NCBI GenBank assembly: GCA_963748625.1
Contig: CAVVJT010000007.1
Coordinates: forward strand, 1,120,001-1,184,000
Length of the DNA: 64,000 nucleotides
From: an uncultured Chloroflexia bacterium
Lineage (GTDB): Bacteria; Chloroflexota; Limnocylindria; Limnocylindrales; CSP1-4
Reading direction: 5' to 3'
The first letter of the stretch is position 1. Each line of letters opens with the position of its first letter. Under the pieces are notes generated by a model, which saw nothing but the letters and a program-made list of their open reading frames with translations, ran no database searches and had not been told where the DNA came from. Shown piece after piece: positions 31,060-41,422 of the stretch. A program made the translations under genes and the position numbers.

Positions 31060-32004
31060 CTACCCGCTGGTCGGGATGATCACCAGGAACCGCCCGTCAC
31101 GGGACGGATACCGGCCCTCCGGGCGGCGCCACGGCAGGAAGTTGCGGCGCATCTCGCCTGCGTCCTGGTAGACGCCCGGGCCATCGGAGCGACCCCAGAT
31201 CGAGGAGACCCGCGGATACCACGGGTCCAGGATGTAGGCGCCCTTGACCACGGCGTTCTTGAAGACGAGCGGGTCCGCGGTGGCCTTGTAGCCGGACATG
31301 ACCCAGGCGTGGGCACCGCGCCACGCGAGGAGGATCGCCGGCCGGTCGGTCCGCGCGATGGCCTTCGCCGCGGCGAGCAGCGCGGCACTGCGCGACGGGT
31401 AGCTCCGCAGCTCGTAGTCCACGCCGCCCAGCCGGTTGAGCGTGGCGACCATGCCCTCCGGTCCCGCTCCGCCGTTGCGGCTGTCGGACCGCGAGGTGGC
31501 GGCCACCTGGAGCCGGTGGATGCGCGCCTGGCGATCGTACGTGGTGTCCGGTCGATCGCCGTTGGCATTGAGCACGATCTGGACGGCCGCGGCAGCGCAC
31601 CAGGTCTTCTCGGCCTCCGAGACGAACACCGCCTTGGGCTTTGCGACCACCTTCACCGTCACCGGCTTGGGCTTGGGCTTTGGGGTGGGCGTGGGGGATG
31701 GGCTTGCGGCCGGCGTGGGTGACGGTGATGGGATGACGATCGCACCCCCTGGAGCGATCGAGGGAGACGGCGCAGGCGTGGCCGTCGTCGGCGACGAGGC
31801 CGTCGCGGTGGGGCGCGCGAAGGCGACGCTGGTCACCTGCCCCACGGCATTCCAGGTCACGAGACCCGCGACGGCAGCGGCCACCAGGAACAGGACGATG
31901 CCCAGGTCCTTGAACATCGAGAGGTCCCGCGGGCCGCGCTGCTTGGGCGGGTCGTACACCAGGTCGGGTTCCTCGAAGCGGTGGCGCGGCTGCTGGCTGT
32001 CCAT
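31060..32004 (-). CDS. Membrane-anchored C39-like cysteine peptidase-domain protein with Pro/Thr linker
   Basis: TM, PT/PK linker, then WCAAAAVQ..GAHAWV..LDPW (Cys-His-Asp order). Confidence 0.6.
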   Translation of the reverse strand: MDSQQPRHRFEEPDLVYDPPKQRGPRDLSMFKDLGIVLFLVAAAVAGLVTWNAVGQVTSVAFARPTATASSPTTATPAPSPSIAPGGAIVIPSPSPTPAASPSPTPTPKPKPKPVTVKVVAKPKAVFVSEAEKTWCAAAAVQIVLNANGDRPDTTYDRQARIHRLQVAATSRSDSRNGGAGPEGMVATLNRLGGVDYELRSYPSRSAALLAAAKAIARTDRPAILLAWRGAHAWVMSGYKATADPLVFKNAVVKGAYILDPWYPRVSSIWGRSDGPGVYQDAGEMRRNFLPWRRPEGRYPSRDGRFLVIIPTSG

Positions 32005-32126
32005 CCCCCTCGGCCCTTCGTGGTAGTGCCTGTGATGGCGCGTGGCGCGCCGACACGATAGCCCAAACGGCTGCGCACCCAGACGCTCGGGCCGCCCGGG
32101 ATGTTGCGTCCGTCCATCGCTCTACC

Positions 32127-32158
32127 ACTTGCGCAACAACGCAAGTACGAGGTAGGCT
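32127..32158 (+). promoter_or_regulatory. Promoter with overlapping inverted-repeat operator
   Basis: ACTTGCG-CAACAA-CGCAAGT overlaps TTGCGC-18 nt-TAGGCT. Confidence 0.55.
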
Positions 32159-32221
32159 GCCTGCCATGACAACCAATCTCGACCTCGATCGCGCGCGACC
32201 CGACGCACAGGCGGTGCAGGC

Positions 32222-32740
32222 ATGAAGGCCTGTCTTGCAGCGATGGCCGATCGGCGGCTGCTTGCCTGGGCCGTCCTGCTGACCGTGGTGTCGGGTCTGG
32301 CGTTCGGGCTCGTGAGCGCCATCATCCCCAACCCGGTCTTCGGTCGTTCGGTCGCGCCGGAGCCCTTTGCCTACTGGGTCTGGCTGCTCTCGGCGCCGCT
32401 GATGGGCCTGGTGATGGCCACCTACATCGTTCCGGCAGGGTCCGCACCGACCACCGCGGCTATGCCCCTGGTCATCGCGCTTCCTACCGGTGACGTCGAC
32501 GCTGCCACCCTCGACCGACGGTCGACGCGCCTGGGCGGCATGGCGGGCTTCGCCGCCTTCCTCGCCATCGGGTGTCCGGTGTGCAACAAGGTCGCGCTGG
32601 TGCTGCTTGGCGCGTCGGGCGCGATGTCGATCTGGGCGCCGCTGCAGCCGATCATCGGCGCGGCATCACTGGGCCTGCTGATGGTGACGGCGGTCTGGCG
32701 GATGCGGCTGCGCGCGAACGGAGGCGCCTGCCCGGTCTGA
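32222..32740 (+). CDS. Membrane protein with intramembrane CPVC motif
   Basis: About 4 TM; IIPNPVFGR, FLAIGCPVCNK, C-terminal ACPV. Confidence 0.75.
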   Translation: MKACLAAMADRRLLAWAVLLTVVSGLAFGLVSAIIPNPVFGRSVAPEPFAYWVWLLSAPLMGLVMATYIVPAGSAPTTAAMPLVIALPTGDVDAATLDRRSTRLGGMAGFAAFLAIGCPVCNKVALVLLGASGAMSIWAPLQPIIGAASLGLLMVTAVWRMRLRANGGACPV

Positions 32741-32772
32741 CGCGGCGCGTGGGACGGGGCGGACGCGCGTGG

Positions 32773-35121
32773 TCAGGCCGCCCGGGCCACGATCTCGGCC
32801 GCCGCGGGGTGCTCGTCGCCGAGCGCCAGGTAGAGCTCCTCCTCCTGGGCCATGTGCAGGCGCAGGATGGCATCGAGGCCGTAGAGGACGCGCCGGAGGT
32901 CGGTCAGGTCCTCCACGCCGGGACCCTCCTCGGGGATCTCCTTGACCAGCCGGTCAACGAACCGGATCAGGTGGAAGATCTCGGTGTGGGTGCGGTGGAG
33001 TGCAGCGGTGACGTCGTCGTTGCCCACGACGTGGCTCAGGTACGGGTAGACCTCGCGGTCCTCCTGCTCCTCGTGCGGGATGAGGACCTCGAGCAGGAAG
33101 GTGCGCGTCTTCTCCAGCTCGACCTTCGCGTCCGCGGGCGGGATCGTGCCCAGCCGGTCGGCCAGCGGACGGATGCGCGCGATGGACGGGGCGAGGTCGC
33201 GGTGCTCCTCGCGCAGGCGCGCGGACAGCTCGGTCCAGCCGGGCACCTTCACCTGCTTCTCGAGACCGCCGCCCAGCGCCCGCAGCGCGTTGAGGATGAC
33301 GATGACGTCGATCACCTCCTGGATGATCGCGCCGTAGACGGGCGGCAGGACCCCCGTTGTCGCGACCAGCATCGCCACGATCGACAGGCCCATGCCGACG
33401 ATGACGCTCTGGAGCGCGATCGTCCGTGAACGCCGGGCGATGCGGATGGCCTCCGGCAGCCGGTCGAGGCGGTCCACGGTGATCACGATGTCCGCGGCCT
33501 CGGAGCTCGCGGTCGCGCCGCGGGCACCCATGGCCACGCCGACGTCGGCTGTCGCCAGGGCGGGGGCGTCGTTGATGCCGTCGCCAACCATGACCAGCGT
33601 GCCCTCGGCCTCGGCCTTCTCCTCGGCCACCGCATCGACCTTGTCCGCGGGCGTGCGCTCGGCCAGGACCGCATCCACGCCGATGGCGGCGGCCACCATG
33701 TCCGCCACGCCGTAGTGATCGCCGGTGACCATGACGATGCGCCGGATCCCTGCCCGGCGTAGCGCGCGGATCACGCGCGGCGTCTCGGGGCGGATCGGGT
33801 CGTCGAGGACCAGGGCGCCCACGAGCACGCCATCCGCTCCGACGTAGACGCCGGTCGCCCCCTCGAGATTGACCCGGCGCCGCACATCACGGGCCCACGG
33901 CGGCAGGCCGGCGCCGCCGGTTGCGAAGTCGACCGTGCCCACCAGCACCGCACGCCCGTCCACACGGCCGGTGATGCCCGCGCCCGGGACCTCCTCCGCA
34001 CCATCGGGGAGTGCCAGGGCCACGGAGCGCTCACGGGCACCGCTGACGATGGAGGCGGCGAGGACGTGCGGTGAGACCTGCTCCAGGGATGCGGCGAGGC
34101 GCAGGACCTCCTCGGCCGTGCTGTCGGGTGCCGCGACCACGTCGGCCAGGTGCGGGCGACCGGCGGTGAGCGTGCCGGTCTTGTCGAACAGGAGCACCCG
34201 GGCGCGGGCGATGGCCTCGAGCGCGCCCCCACCCTTGACGATGATCCCGCGCTTCGCCGAGCGGCTGATGCCCGCCACGATCGCGATCGGCGCAGCGAGG
34301 AGCAGGGGACACGGCGTCGCCACCACGAGCACGGACAGGGCGCGCACGGGATCCCCGGACACGATCCAGGCGAAGCCCGCGATGCCGAGCGCGAGCGGCA
34401 CGAAGAGAAGGGCATACCGGTCGGCGAGGCGGACGAACGGCGCCTTCGAGGACTGGGCCTCCTCGACCAGGCGCACGATGCCGGCATAGGTCGAGTGCTC
34501 CGCGGTGGCCGTCGCAACCAGGTCGAAGGGCGGGCCGGCGTTCACGGTGCCGGAGTTGACGGGGTCGCCGGCCTCGCGGGTCATCAGGCGTGACTCGCCG
34601 GTCAGGGCTGACTCGTCGAGGGTGGACGGGGTCCCCACCAGGGAGCCGTCCACGGGCACCACCTCGCCCGGCTTGACAAGGATCCGGTCGCCAACGGCCA
34701 CCTCGCCCACGGGCCGGTCCACGATGCCACCGTCCTCGTGGCGGTGCACGACCCGCGGCGCGCGCGAGATCAGGGCCGAGAGCTCGCGATGCGCGCGCCC
34801 CTCGGCGTACCGCTCGAGCCAGTCACCCGTGGCGAGCATCACCGCGATCACCGCTGCGGTGAGCGCCTCACCCAGGGCGAGCGCACCGCCGATCGCCAGC
34901 ACCGCGATCACGTCCACGCCGGCCTCCTTCTTGAGGAGGTCCGCGATGATGTTGCCCAGGAGCCACACGCCCACGATCGCCGCTGGGATCGTCCACACCC
35001 AGTACGCCAGCGCGTCCTGGCCGGCGGCCATGGCGATCAGGCCCAGCACGAGCCCAGCCAGGGTCAGCGGGAGGAGGACGCGCTCGGCGAGCGCATTGAG
35101 CGGGGCGAGGATGGTGCGCAT
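32773..35121 (-). CDS. Heavy-metal P1B-5-type ATPase with C-terminal hemerythrin domain
   Basis: TGES, TPCP, DKTGTLT, GDGINDAP, QEVID; His/Glu tail EH..HEEQE..H..HMAQEE. Confidence 0.92.
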   Translation of the reverse strand: MRTILAPLNALAERVLLPLTLAGLVLGLIAMAAGQDALAYWVWTIPAAIVGVWLLGNIIADLLKKEAGVDVIAVLAIGGALALGEALTAAVIAVMLATGDWLERYAEGRAHRELSALISRAPRVVHRHEDGGIVDRPVGEVAVGDRILVKPGEVVPVDGSLVGTPSTLDESALTGESRLMTREAGDPVNSGTVNAGPPFDLVATATAEHSTYAGIVRLVEEAQSSKAPFVRLADRYALLFVPLALGIAGFAWIVSGDPVRALSVLVVATPCPLLLAAPIAIVAGISRSAKRGIIVKGGGALEAIARARVLLFDKTGTLTAGRPHLADVVAAPDSTAEEVLRLAASLEQVSPHVLAASIVSGARERSVALALPDGAEEVPGAGITGRVDGRAVLVGTVDFATGGAGLPPWARDVRRRVNLEGATGVYVGADGVLVGALVLDDPIRPETPRVIRALRRAGIRRIVMVTGDHYGVADMVAAAIGVDAVLAERTPADKVDAVAEEKAEAEGTLVMVGDGINDAPALATADVGVAMGARGATASSEAADIVITVDRLDRLPEAIRIARRSRTIALQSVIVGMGLSIVAMLVATTGVLPPVYGAIIQEVIDVIVILNALRALGGGLEKQVKVPGWTELSARLREEHRDLAPSIARIRPLADRLGTIPPADAKVELEKTRTFLLEVLIPHEEQEDREVYPYLSHVVGNDDVTAALHRTHTEIFHLIRFVDRLVKEIPEEGPGVEDLTDLRRVLYGLDAILRLHMAQEEELYLALGDEHPAAAEIVARAA

Positions 35122-35239
35122 CCCCCGATGCTACGGGTGGTGGTGGCTCGTGCGCGCGGGTCCTCTGGACCGGTTGGCGAGGCGTTCGGGCCTCAGGTCT
35201 CGGGCATCTCGCACCCCAGCTCGGGGGCCGCCTCGGATC

Positions 35240-35923
35240 TCAGGCCGGGGGCGCCGCGCGCCGCCGGCGAGGTTCCGGTGCGCCGAGCAGGTCGTCCGCC
35301 CACGCCCCGACGTCGCTCCACACCCGGTCCACGCCTGCCTCGTGGAACCTGGCCGCCTCCATCGTCCCGCTCACGGCCGCGAACCGCGCCCCGGCTGCCA
35401 CCGCCATCTCCATGTCGACGAGCGTGTCGCCCACGTACACGGTGTCCCGCGCCGCGACGCCCAGCTCGTCCAGCGCCCGCAGAAGGCCTTCCGGATGCGG
35501 CTTGGAATGCTCGACCGTGTCCGCGAAGAACGCCGTCTCAAACACGTCGTGCATGTTCAGCCTTGAAAGGTTCGGCTCCACGACCCCACGCGTGGACGCG
35601 GTGACCAGCCCGATCCGGACGCCGTTGCGGCGCAGGCGGCGGAGCGCCCCGCGGGCCCATGGCATCGCCCGCGGCCGCATGCGCGACATCTCCAGCGCCC
35701 ATCGGCCCGCCATCTCGTCCCAGAGGTGCTCGGGGATGCCCAGGTCGCGGTAGCCCTTGCGCCAGTCCGGCGTGTACTGCTCACGAAACCACTCCGGGCT
35801 CATGGTGATGCCGTAGTGCGAGAGGGCGGCGACGTTGGCGCGGTAGATCATCGCCATCGTGTCGACCAGGGTGCCGTCCCAGTCGAAGACGGCGGCGGCG
35901 GGGAGGGATCGGTCGTGAGGCAC
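35240..35923 (-). CDS. HAD family hydrolase
   Basis: FDWDGTLVDT, KPHP, YVGD. Confidence 0.9.
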   Translation of the reverse strand: MPHDRSLPAAAVFDWDGTLVDTMAMIYRANVAALSHYGITMSPEWFREQYTPDWRKGYRDLGIPEHLWDEMAGRWALEMSRMRPRAMPWARGALRRLRRNGVRIGLVTASTRGVVEPNLSRLNMHDVFETAFFADTVEHSKPHPEGLLRALDELGVAARDTVYVGDTLVDMEMAVAAGARFAAVSGTMEAARFHEAGVDRVWSDVGAWADDLLGAPEPRRRRAAPPA

Positions 35924-35936
35924 GGGTGGATCGTAC

Positions 35937-36590
35937 CTAGCCCAGGATCCCGAAGCCGATCGCGAGCACACCGAACCCGCCGATCAACACCGCCGACACG
36001 ATGTTGAGGCCGCGCACGATGCGGGGCGTCAGCCGTGCCCGGAGGCCTGCGACCAGCCCCGTCAGCAGCGCCCACCACGCGATCGACCCGGTGAACACGC
36101 CAGCCACCACGGCGAGCGCGCCGCCCGCGCCGCCCGTCCCGGCCCCGATGCTCGCGAACAGGGCGGCGAACGAGAGGATCGTGGCTGGATTGGTGAGGGT
36201 GAGGGCGTACATCGATGCGAAGCCGCCCGCAGGGCTTCCGACCTTCGAGCCTGCCGGGCTGCCGGTGGCCGCGTCGATGCTGGACTCAGCTCCGGATCCG
36301 CCCCGAAGGGCGTCGCGCAGGGAGCGCACCGCGAGGAACACGAGGATCGCGCCGCCCGCGATGCCCAGCGGCCGGTCGATCCCAACGAGAAGCCCGATGA
36401 CCGCTGTGAGGCCGAAGGCCGCGATCGCGCCGTAGGTGGCGTCGGCCGCGGCGACGCCGGTCCCTGAGACAAAGCCGTAGAACCAGCCCCGGTCGATGGT
36501 CCGCCGGATGACGATGAGCCCGATGGGCCCCAGGGCGAACGCGATCGCGAAGCCGATGACGAGGCCGCGCAGGAAGAGCTCGGCGGTCAC
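35937..36590 (-). CDS. LysE family translocator
   Basis: LGPIG, GVAAADATYG, LTLTNPATILSF, GSIAWW. Confidence 0.9.
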   Translation of the reverse strand: MTAELFLRGLVIGFAIAFALGPIGLIVIRRTIDRGWFYGFVSGTGVAAADATYGAIAAFGLTAVIGLLVGIDRPLGIAGGAILVFLAVRSLRDALRGGSGAESSIDAATGSPAGSKVGSPAGGFASMYALTLTNPATILSFAALFASIGAGTGGAGGALAVVAGVFTGSIAWWALLTGLVAGLRARLTPRIVRGLNIVSAVLIGGFGVLAIGFGILG

Positions 36591-36626
36591 GACCGCATCA
36601 GGCGGTCCACGAGGCGTCCGGTCGCG

Positions 36627-38495
36627 TCAGGGGATGACGTACGGGGATCGCGGAGCGCTGGCCTTGCCGATCAGCACGACGCCGTCAACCGCCTTGTAGC
36701 GGGTGAAGTACGTCTTCTCGCGCAGGAGCTTGCCGCGCTCGTAGACCCGGATCGTGCGCCACACGTCGAGCCCGTTGACGGGGTACTCGACGCGCATGCT
36801 GGCACCGGGCTTGAGGCTGCTCGTGTAGTCGACCGTGTCGCCCGCCTGCGTCCGGTTGCGGATGGTGGGGGCACTGATCTGGACTGTTCGGCCGTTCGGC
36901 ACGCTATAGAGCTGGAAGGTCACGTAGCCGAGGCTTCCCTTCCGGGTGTTGATGCCGCGGATGAGGACCGGGTACTTCGTGTCGTTCGTCCAGGTCATGT
37001 CCTGGACCGACCCTCCCCCGGACTTGAACACGGTTGCGTCGAGGCCCACCGGGTAGCGGTCGATGTAGTAGTAGTGGTTGCGTCGTGCGCCCATCTTGTA
37101 GCCCGCCCGCAGCGCCGCGTTGAACAGCGTGGTGGAGCAGGAGCAGATGCCGCCGCCGATCGCGCCGAGCGGGTCGCTACGGCCGTTGATGATCGCGTTG
37201 CCGGCCTTGAACCCACGCTCATAGGAGACCTCGCCGACGGCGCCCCAGAAGCTGAACTTCTCACCCGGGGCGACGACATAGCCGTTGATGAGCTTGGCCG
37301 GGACCCAGATGTTGGCGCCGTAGCCGTTCTTGACGTAGATGTGGAACATGGTGGTCCACTTGCCACTCTTGAGCGCACGCATCTTGGGCGCCCAGGCCTC
37401 GGCCTGCTCGGTGGTGATCTTCGGGTCGGTCGCCTTGATCGCCAGGGCGAGCTCGGCCGTGCTGCTGATGCCCGACTGGCGCGCCATGAGCTCGTCCAGG
37501 ACGACCTGGCGCGTGCGCCCGACATCGAGCTTGCGGCCATCGCGCGCCTTGGAGGTCACGACGACGCGACTGCCCTGGAGCGTGAGGCCGGCGTCGGCGG
37601 CTGTCTGGTTGACCGCCTTCGCGATGGGCTTCATGAGCGGGTCGATGCCGTCCTCGTCCACCACCGGCACCACGCCGTCGCCCGTGGGCATGAACGTGAT
37701 GAGTCTCCGGATCTTCTCGCCGGGGATGGTGTAGGTCTTCTCACCGCGGGTGAGCACCAGGTCCGCGCTCATGCGGTCGGCGGTGGCGACCACCTCCTCG
37801 ACGTCCGCGGTCTCGATCGTCGGCGTTGTGGTCGCGAACGGGATGTCGAACTCGAGCTCAGCGGGGGCCTCGAGCCTGGCCACCTCGGCATCGATGGCCG
37901 CCAGCAGGGCGGCGGTGTCGACCACGCGTCCCTCGACCGACGGCGTCGTCTTGTAGCTCCCGTCCTTCTTGATCGCCAGGGTCGCGTTGACCGCCGGCCG
38001 TTCCACGGTCCTGGCCGCAGCCGCGACCGCGGCTTCGAGCGAGGTGGAGACGTAGGTGACGGCGGGACCGACGGAGACGCCGCGGATGACGGTCTGGGGG
38101 ACGCCGATCAGGTCGGCGACGGGGTGGCCCTTGCGCCCGGCGGCCAGGGCGGCGGCCAGCACCGCGTCCGTGTCGACGCGGCGGCCGATCTCTGCGTAAC
38201 CCACGACCAGGGGACCGTCGGGGCCGGTGAGCGTGATGGAGCCGGAGCCGAAACCGGCATAGGCCGCCTCGATCGCCTGCCTCGCCTGGTCCGGCGTGAG
38301 GCCGGAGAGATCCGTGTCGTCCACCTTCACGCCGGGAAGGATGCGGCCGTCGTACTGCTGCCCGTAGGCATACAGGCCGGCACTGCCGACACCGACCACG
38401 AGCACGATGCCCACCAGGAACGCGATGGCGAACTTGAGGGCGAGACGCGAGCCCCTGTGGGAGGACGAGGGCGAGGGGACGTTTTCGGTGGTCAT
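36627..38495 (-). CDS. VanW family protein (TM, peptidoglycan-binding-like repeats, VanW domain, G5-like tail)
   Basis: ING..VAPGEKFSF, GGGICSCSTTLFNAA, RRNH, YPVGLDATV. Confidence 0.85.
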   Translation of the reverse strand: MTTENVPSPSSSHRGSRLALKFAIAFLVGIVLVVGVGSAGLYAYGQQYDGRILPGVKVDDTDLSGLTPDQARQAIEAAYAGFGSGSITLTGPDGPLVVGYAEIGRRVDTDAVLAAALAAGRKGHPVADLIGVPQTVIRGVSVGPAVTYVSTSLEAAVAAAARTVERPAVNATLAIKKDGSYKTTPSVEGRVVDTAALLAAIDAEVARLEAPAELEFDIPFATTTPTIETADVEEVVATADRMSADLVLTRGEKTYTIPGEKIRRLITFMPTGDGVVPVVDEDGIDPLMKPIAKAVNQTAADAGLTLQGSRVVVTSKARDGRKLDVGRTRQVVLDELMARQSGISSTAELALAIKATDPKITTEQAEAWAPKMRALKSGKWTTMFHIYVKNGYGANIWVPAKLINGYVVAPGEKFSFWGAVGEVSYERGFKAGNAIINGRSDPLGAIGGGICSCSTTLFNAALRAGYKMGARRNHYYYIDRYPVGLDATVFKSGGGSVQDMTWTNDTKYPVLIRGINTRKGSLGYVTFQLYSVPNGRTVQISAPTIRNRTQAGDTVDYTSSLKPGASMRVEYPVNGLDVWRTIRVYERGKLLREKTYFTRYKAVDGVVLIGKASAPRSPYVIP

Positions 38496-38601
38496 TGTGA
38501 CGAAATCTCGGGTGCGACGGGCCGGGATCGTAACAGGACAGCCCGATCAGGGCCAGAGGGCCCCGGGGGGCCCTCTGCTGTGACGCCCGGCGGAGGGGAC
38601 G

Positions 38602-39633
38602 CTATTGGTTGCGGGGCAGCAGCACCACGCGCCGGTTCGGCTCCTCGCCGATGGACTGTGTGGCGACACCGGGGTTGTCGCGGAGGGCGAGGTGGATCCA
38701 GCGGCGCTCGAGGGCCGGCATCGGCTCGAGCTGGAGCATCTTGCCCGTCTCGACGACGCGGTCGCCCGCGCGGGTTGCGAGGTCCACGAGCTGGCGCTCG
38801 CGGCGGCCACGGTAGTCCTCGACGTCCACCAGGACCCGGGTCCACTGGCCGGTGTGGCGCGACAGCATCAGGTTCACGAGGTGCTGGAGCGCCGACAGCC
38901 GCTCGCCCTTGCGCCCGATGAGGGCACCGAGGGCCTCGCGGTCCGCGCCCTCGCCAACGACGTTGAGGCGGCTTGTCTCGCCCTCGCGGATCTCGACGAG
39001 CACACCCTCGAACCCGAGGTGGCCCATCAGGGTCTCAAGGATCTCCTTGCCCGCGGCGAGTGCCTCGGGTGTCGCCTCGGCGGCCTCGAGCTCGGCGCGC
39101 TCCATGGCGAGTGAGCCGCGAGCCGTCGCGACGGCGGCGACTTCGGCAGCGGAGAGTTCCGAGCCGCCGGGCGCCGGGCGGGCGCCGGGGCGGGCGCGGT
39201 CATCACGGCGCGGGGGCCGGTCATCGCCGCGCGGGGGGCGGTCATCACGGCGCGGGGGGCGGTCATCACGCGCGGGCCGGTCGCCGTAGCCCCCACGGTC
39301 GTCCCGGCGCGGGGGGCGGTCGCCGTAGCCACCCTGGCCGCGGTCACCGCCACGATCCCGGTCGCCGTACTCGCGTCGCGGCCGGTCCTCGCGCGGAGGC
39401 GGGGCGGGCAGTGGCTTCGACTCGGCGGCCTCACGCTTGGGTGCGGCACCGCCGAGGGCGCTGCGGGGTGCAGCCACGATCCGCGCGGGCTCGGCGCCCA
39501 TGCCCAGGACGCCGCGGCTGCCTGGGGTGAGGATCTCGAAATCGAGGTCGGCAAGGCCGACGGAGAAGCTGTCGCAGGCGACCTTGATGGCCTCTTCGAC
39601 GGACTTCCCGGTGAATTCCTGGTATTCGCTCAT
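38602..39633 (-). CDS. jag: Jag/EloR (KhpB) RNA-binding protein
   Basis: EFTGKSVEEAI, LIGRKGERLSALQ (KH), ERRWIH (R3H), SIGEEPNRRV. Confidence 0.93.
   Translation of the reverse strand: MSEYQEFTGKSVEEAIKVACDSFSVGLADLDFEILTPGSRGVLGMGAEPARIVAAPRSALGGAAPKREAAESKPLPAPPPREDRPRREYGDRDRGGDRGQGGYGDRPPRRDDRGGYGDRPARDDRPPRRDDRPPRGDDRPPRRDDRARPGARPAPGGSELSAAEVAAVATARGSLAMERAELEAAEATPEALAAGKEILETLMGHLGFEGVLVEIREGETSRLNVVGEGADREALGALIGRKGERLSALQHLVNLMLSRHTGQWTRVLVDVEDYRGRRERQLVDLATRAGDRVVETGKMLQLEPMPALERRWIHLALRDNPGVATQSIGEEPNRRVVLLPRNQ
39190..39330 (-). repeat. 18-bp RDDRPP-encoding repeats in the Jag linker
   Basis: GGGGGCGGTCATC-type units, 4-5 imperfect copies, in frame. Confidence 0.7.
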
Positions 39634-39634
39634 G

Positions 39635-40819
39635 TCAGCGGCGTCTCCCTCGTCGGGCGTTCTGCTTGCTTCGATTGGGTCTGATGGTCCCCTGGGCCGA
39701 GAGGTCCCGGTCGAGGGCTGCTGAGCGCTCCGCCGCGCTCTTGGCATCGCTGGAGTCCGTGAACTTGGGCTCCGGCATGGTGACGTGGTAGCGCGGCCGG
39801 TACTCCGCCGCGCGCCTGGGGTACCAGCCGAACAGCGGGAAGGTCCCGCCGAAGCCCACCACCAGGAACTGCTGGAAGACCTGGATCACGGACGAGAAGA
39901 TCCAGTAGAGGAAGAGGCCGGCCGGCAGCATGCCGCCGTAGATCAGCGAGATGAAGGGCAGGAAGTAGGCCATCTGCCGCTGCACCTTGACGTTGGGGTC
40001 ATCCGCGGTGCGGGGATCAAGCGGCGCGAGCGCCTGGCGCGAAGCGACCAGCTGCACGAGCGCCGACATGATCGCGAGGATGCTGATCCCGAACCCGAGG
40101 ATCGAGAGGCCCGTGGTCTGCGGCTCCGGGATGCTCCAGTTGATGCCGAAGGCCCACGGGTCGAGGCATGGGTTGATCACGTGTCCGGCGGCGTTGTAGA
40201 TGGGCGCCGCATCGCACGTGATGCCGAAGATCTCGGCGAAGTTGATGCCGAAGACCTGCAGCATCGGCGTGATGTCGTAGTTGCTCAGGCCCTGGCTGAT
40301 GACCGAGTACATCGGGATCAGGAGGCCCATCGTGAGCAGGGCGGGGAGGCAGCCGCCGGCCTGGTTGATGCCGCGCTGCTTGTAGAACTCCGACACCGCC
40401 TGCTGCGACTTGACCCGGTCGCCCTTGTACTTGGCCTGGATGGCCTTCACCTCGGGCAGGAGCAGCTGCGTCCTGCGCGTGGACACCAGCTGCTTGGTCG
40501 TGATGGGCGTGGTCAGCAGCTTGATGACGACGGTCAGCAGGATGATCGCGATCGCGATGTTCCCGGTCAACGTGTCGAAGCCCACCAGGACGATGAACAG
40601 CGTCTGGAAGACCGGCGTGAACAGCCACGCGATCGTGTCGATCGGGTTGGCGCCTGGGGTCGCCGGGGCCAGCGGCAGCTGCGGGGTGGGGGTGGGCGCC
40701 GGTGGCTGCGTGGCGCCGGGCGCGAGGGCCTGGCCGCAGGCCGAGACGACCAGCGCGATCACCAGCACGAACAGCAGGGGCGCCAGCCGGACCAGGGTTT
40801 CCTTGAGGCGGGTCGTCAC
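39635..40819 (-). CDS. yidC: Membrane protein insertase YidC
   Basis: AIILLTVVIKL, IQAKYK, GGCLP, PAGLFLYW; yidD-yidC-jag synteny. Confidence 0.93.
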   Translation of the reverse strand: MTTRLKETLVRLAPLLFVLVIALVVSACGQALAPGATQPPAPTPTPQLPLAPATPGANPIDTIAWLFTPVFQTLFIVLVGFDTLTGNIAIAIILLTVVIKLLTTPITTKQLVSTRRTQLLLPEVKAIQAKYKGDRVKSQQAVSEFYKQRGINQAGGCLPALLTMGLLIPMYSVISQGLSNYDITPMLQVFGINFAEIFGITCDAAPIYNAAGHVINPCLDPWAFGINWSIPEPQTTGLSILGFGISILAIMSALVQLVASRQALAPLDPRTADDPNVKVQRQMAYFLPFISLIYGGMLPAGLFLYWIFSSVIQVFQQFLVVGFGGTFPLFGWYPRRAAEYRPRYHVTMPEPKFTDSSDAKSAAERSAALDRDLSAQGTIRPNRSKQNARRGRRR

Positions 40820-40836
40820 GCGCGTCTTCTATCCAT

Positions 40837-41055
40837 TCACGGAACCGGGTCGTAGCCGCCCGGGTTCCAGGGGTGGCACCGGCCGATGCGCTTGGCTCCC
40901 ATCCAGCTGCCGCGCAACAGGCCGTATTTCTGGATCGCCTGCTCGGTGTAGCGGCTGCACGACGGCTCGAAGCGGCACGATGACGGGACGAACGCGAACA
41001 CGAGGCGGTAGAGGCGGATGAGCCTCACCCCGATCCAGACGCCGATCCCCTTCAC
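40837..41055 (-). CDS. yidD: Membrane protein insertion efficiency factor YidD
   Basis: [24 protein letters not shown]. Confidence 0.95.
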   Translation of the reverse strand: MKGIGVWIGVRLIRLYRLVFAFVPSSCRFEPSCSRYTEQAIQKYGLLRGSWMGAKRIGRCHPWNPGGYDPVP

Positions 41056-41387
41056 GTTTCGCTCGAGCCTCCGAGCACACCTCCCGAACGGAGGATCCGT
41101 CGGATTGCGCCAGCCAGTGCGTCCTGGTCGGCTTCGACAAGCGCCGGCCGGGCGATGATGAGGACGTCCCAGCCTGGCTGGAACGAGGGCGCCATCACCC
41201 TGAGCACCTCACGGATCCGGCGCCGGGCTCGGTTCCGGACCACGGCTCCTCCGAGCCGCTTGCCGGTCGCCAGCCCGAACCGGGTCTGGTCAAGGTCTGT
41301 CCGGACGAAACGTCCGACCAGCAGGGGGTGGCTTCTCGCGATGCCGCCCTCCGCCAGCCTGGCGAAATCGCCTGGGCGGGAGAGCAT
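41052..41387 (-). CDS. rnpA: Ribonuclease P protein component
   Basis: [25 protein letters not shown] (RNR motif); synteny. Confidence 0.92.
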   Translation of the reverse strand: MLSRPGDFARLAEGGIARSHPLLVGRFVRTDLDQTRFGLATGKRLGGAVVRNRARRRIREVLRVMAPSFQPGWDVLIIARPALVEADQDALAGAIRRILRSGGVLGGSSET

Positions 41388-41422
41388 GACGAGCCGCAGC
41401 GGGTTGTGACTGCGCTCGCCGG

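Noticed and set aside
36627-38495. Vancomycin resistance locus
   Set aside because: VanW-domain proteins are widespread; no vanHAX or vanRS present
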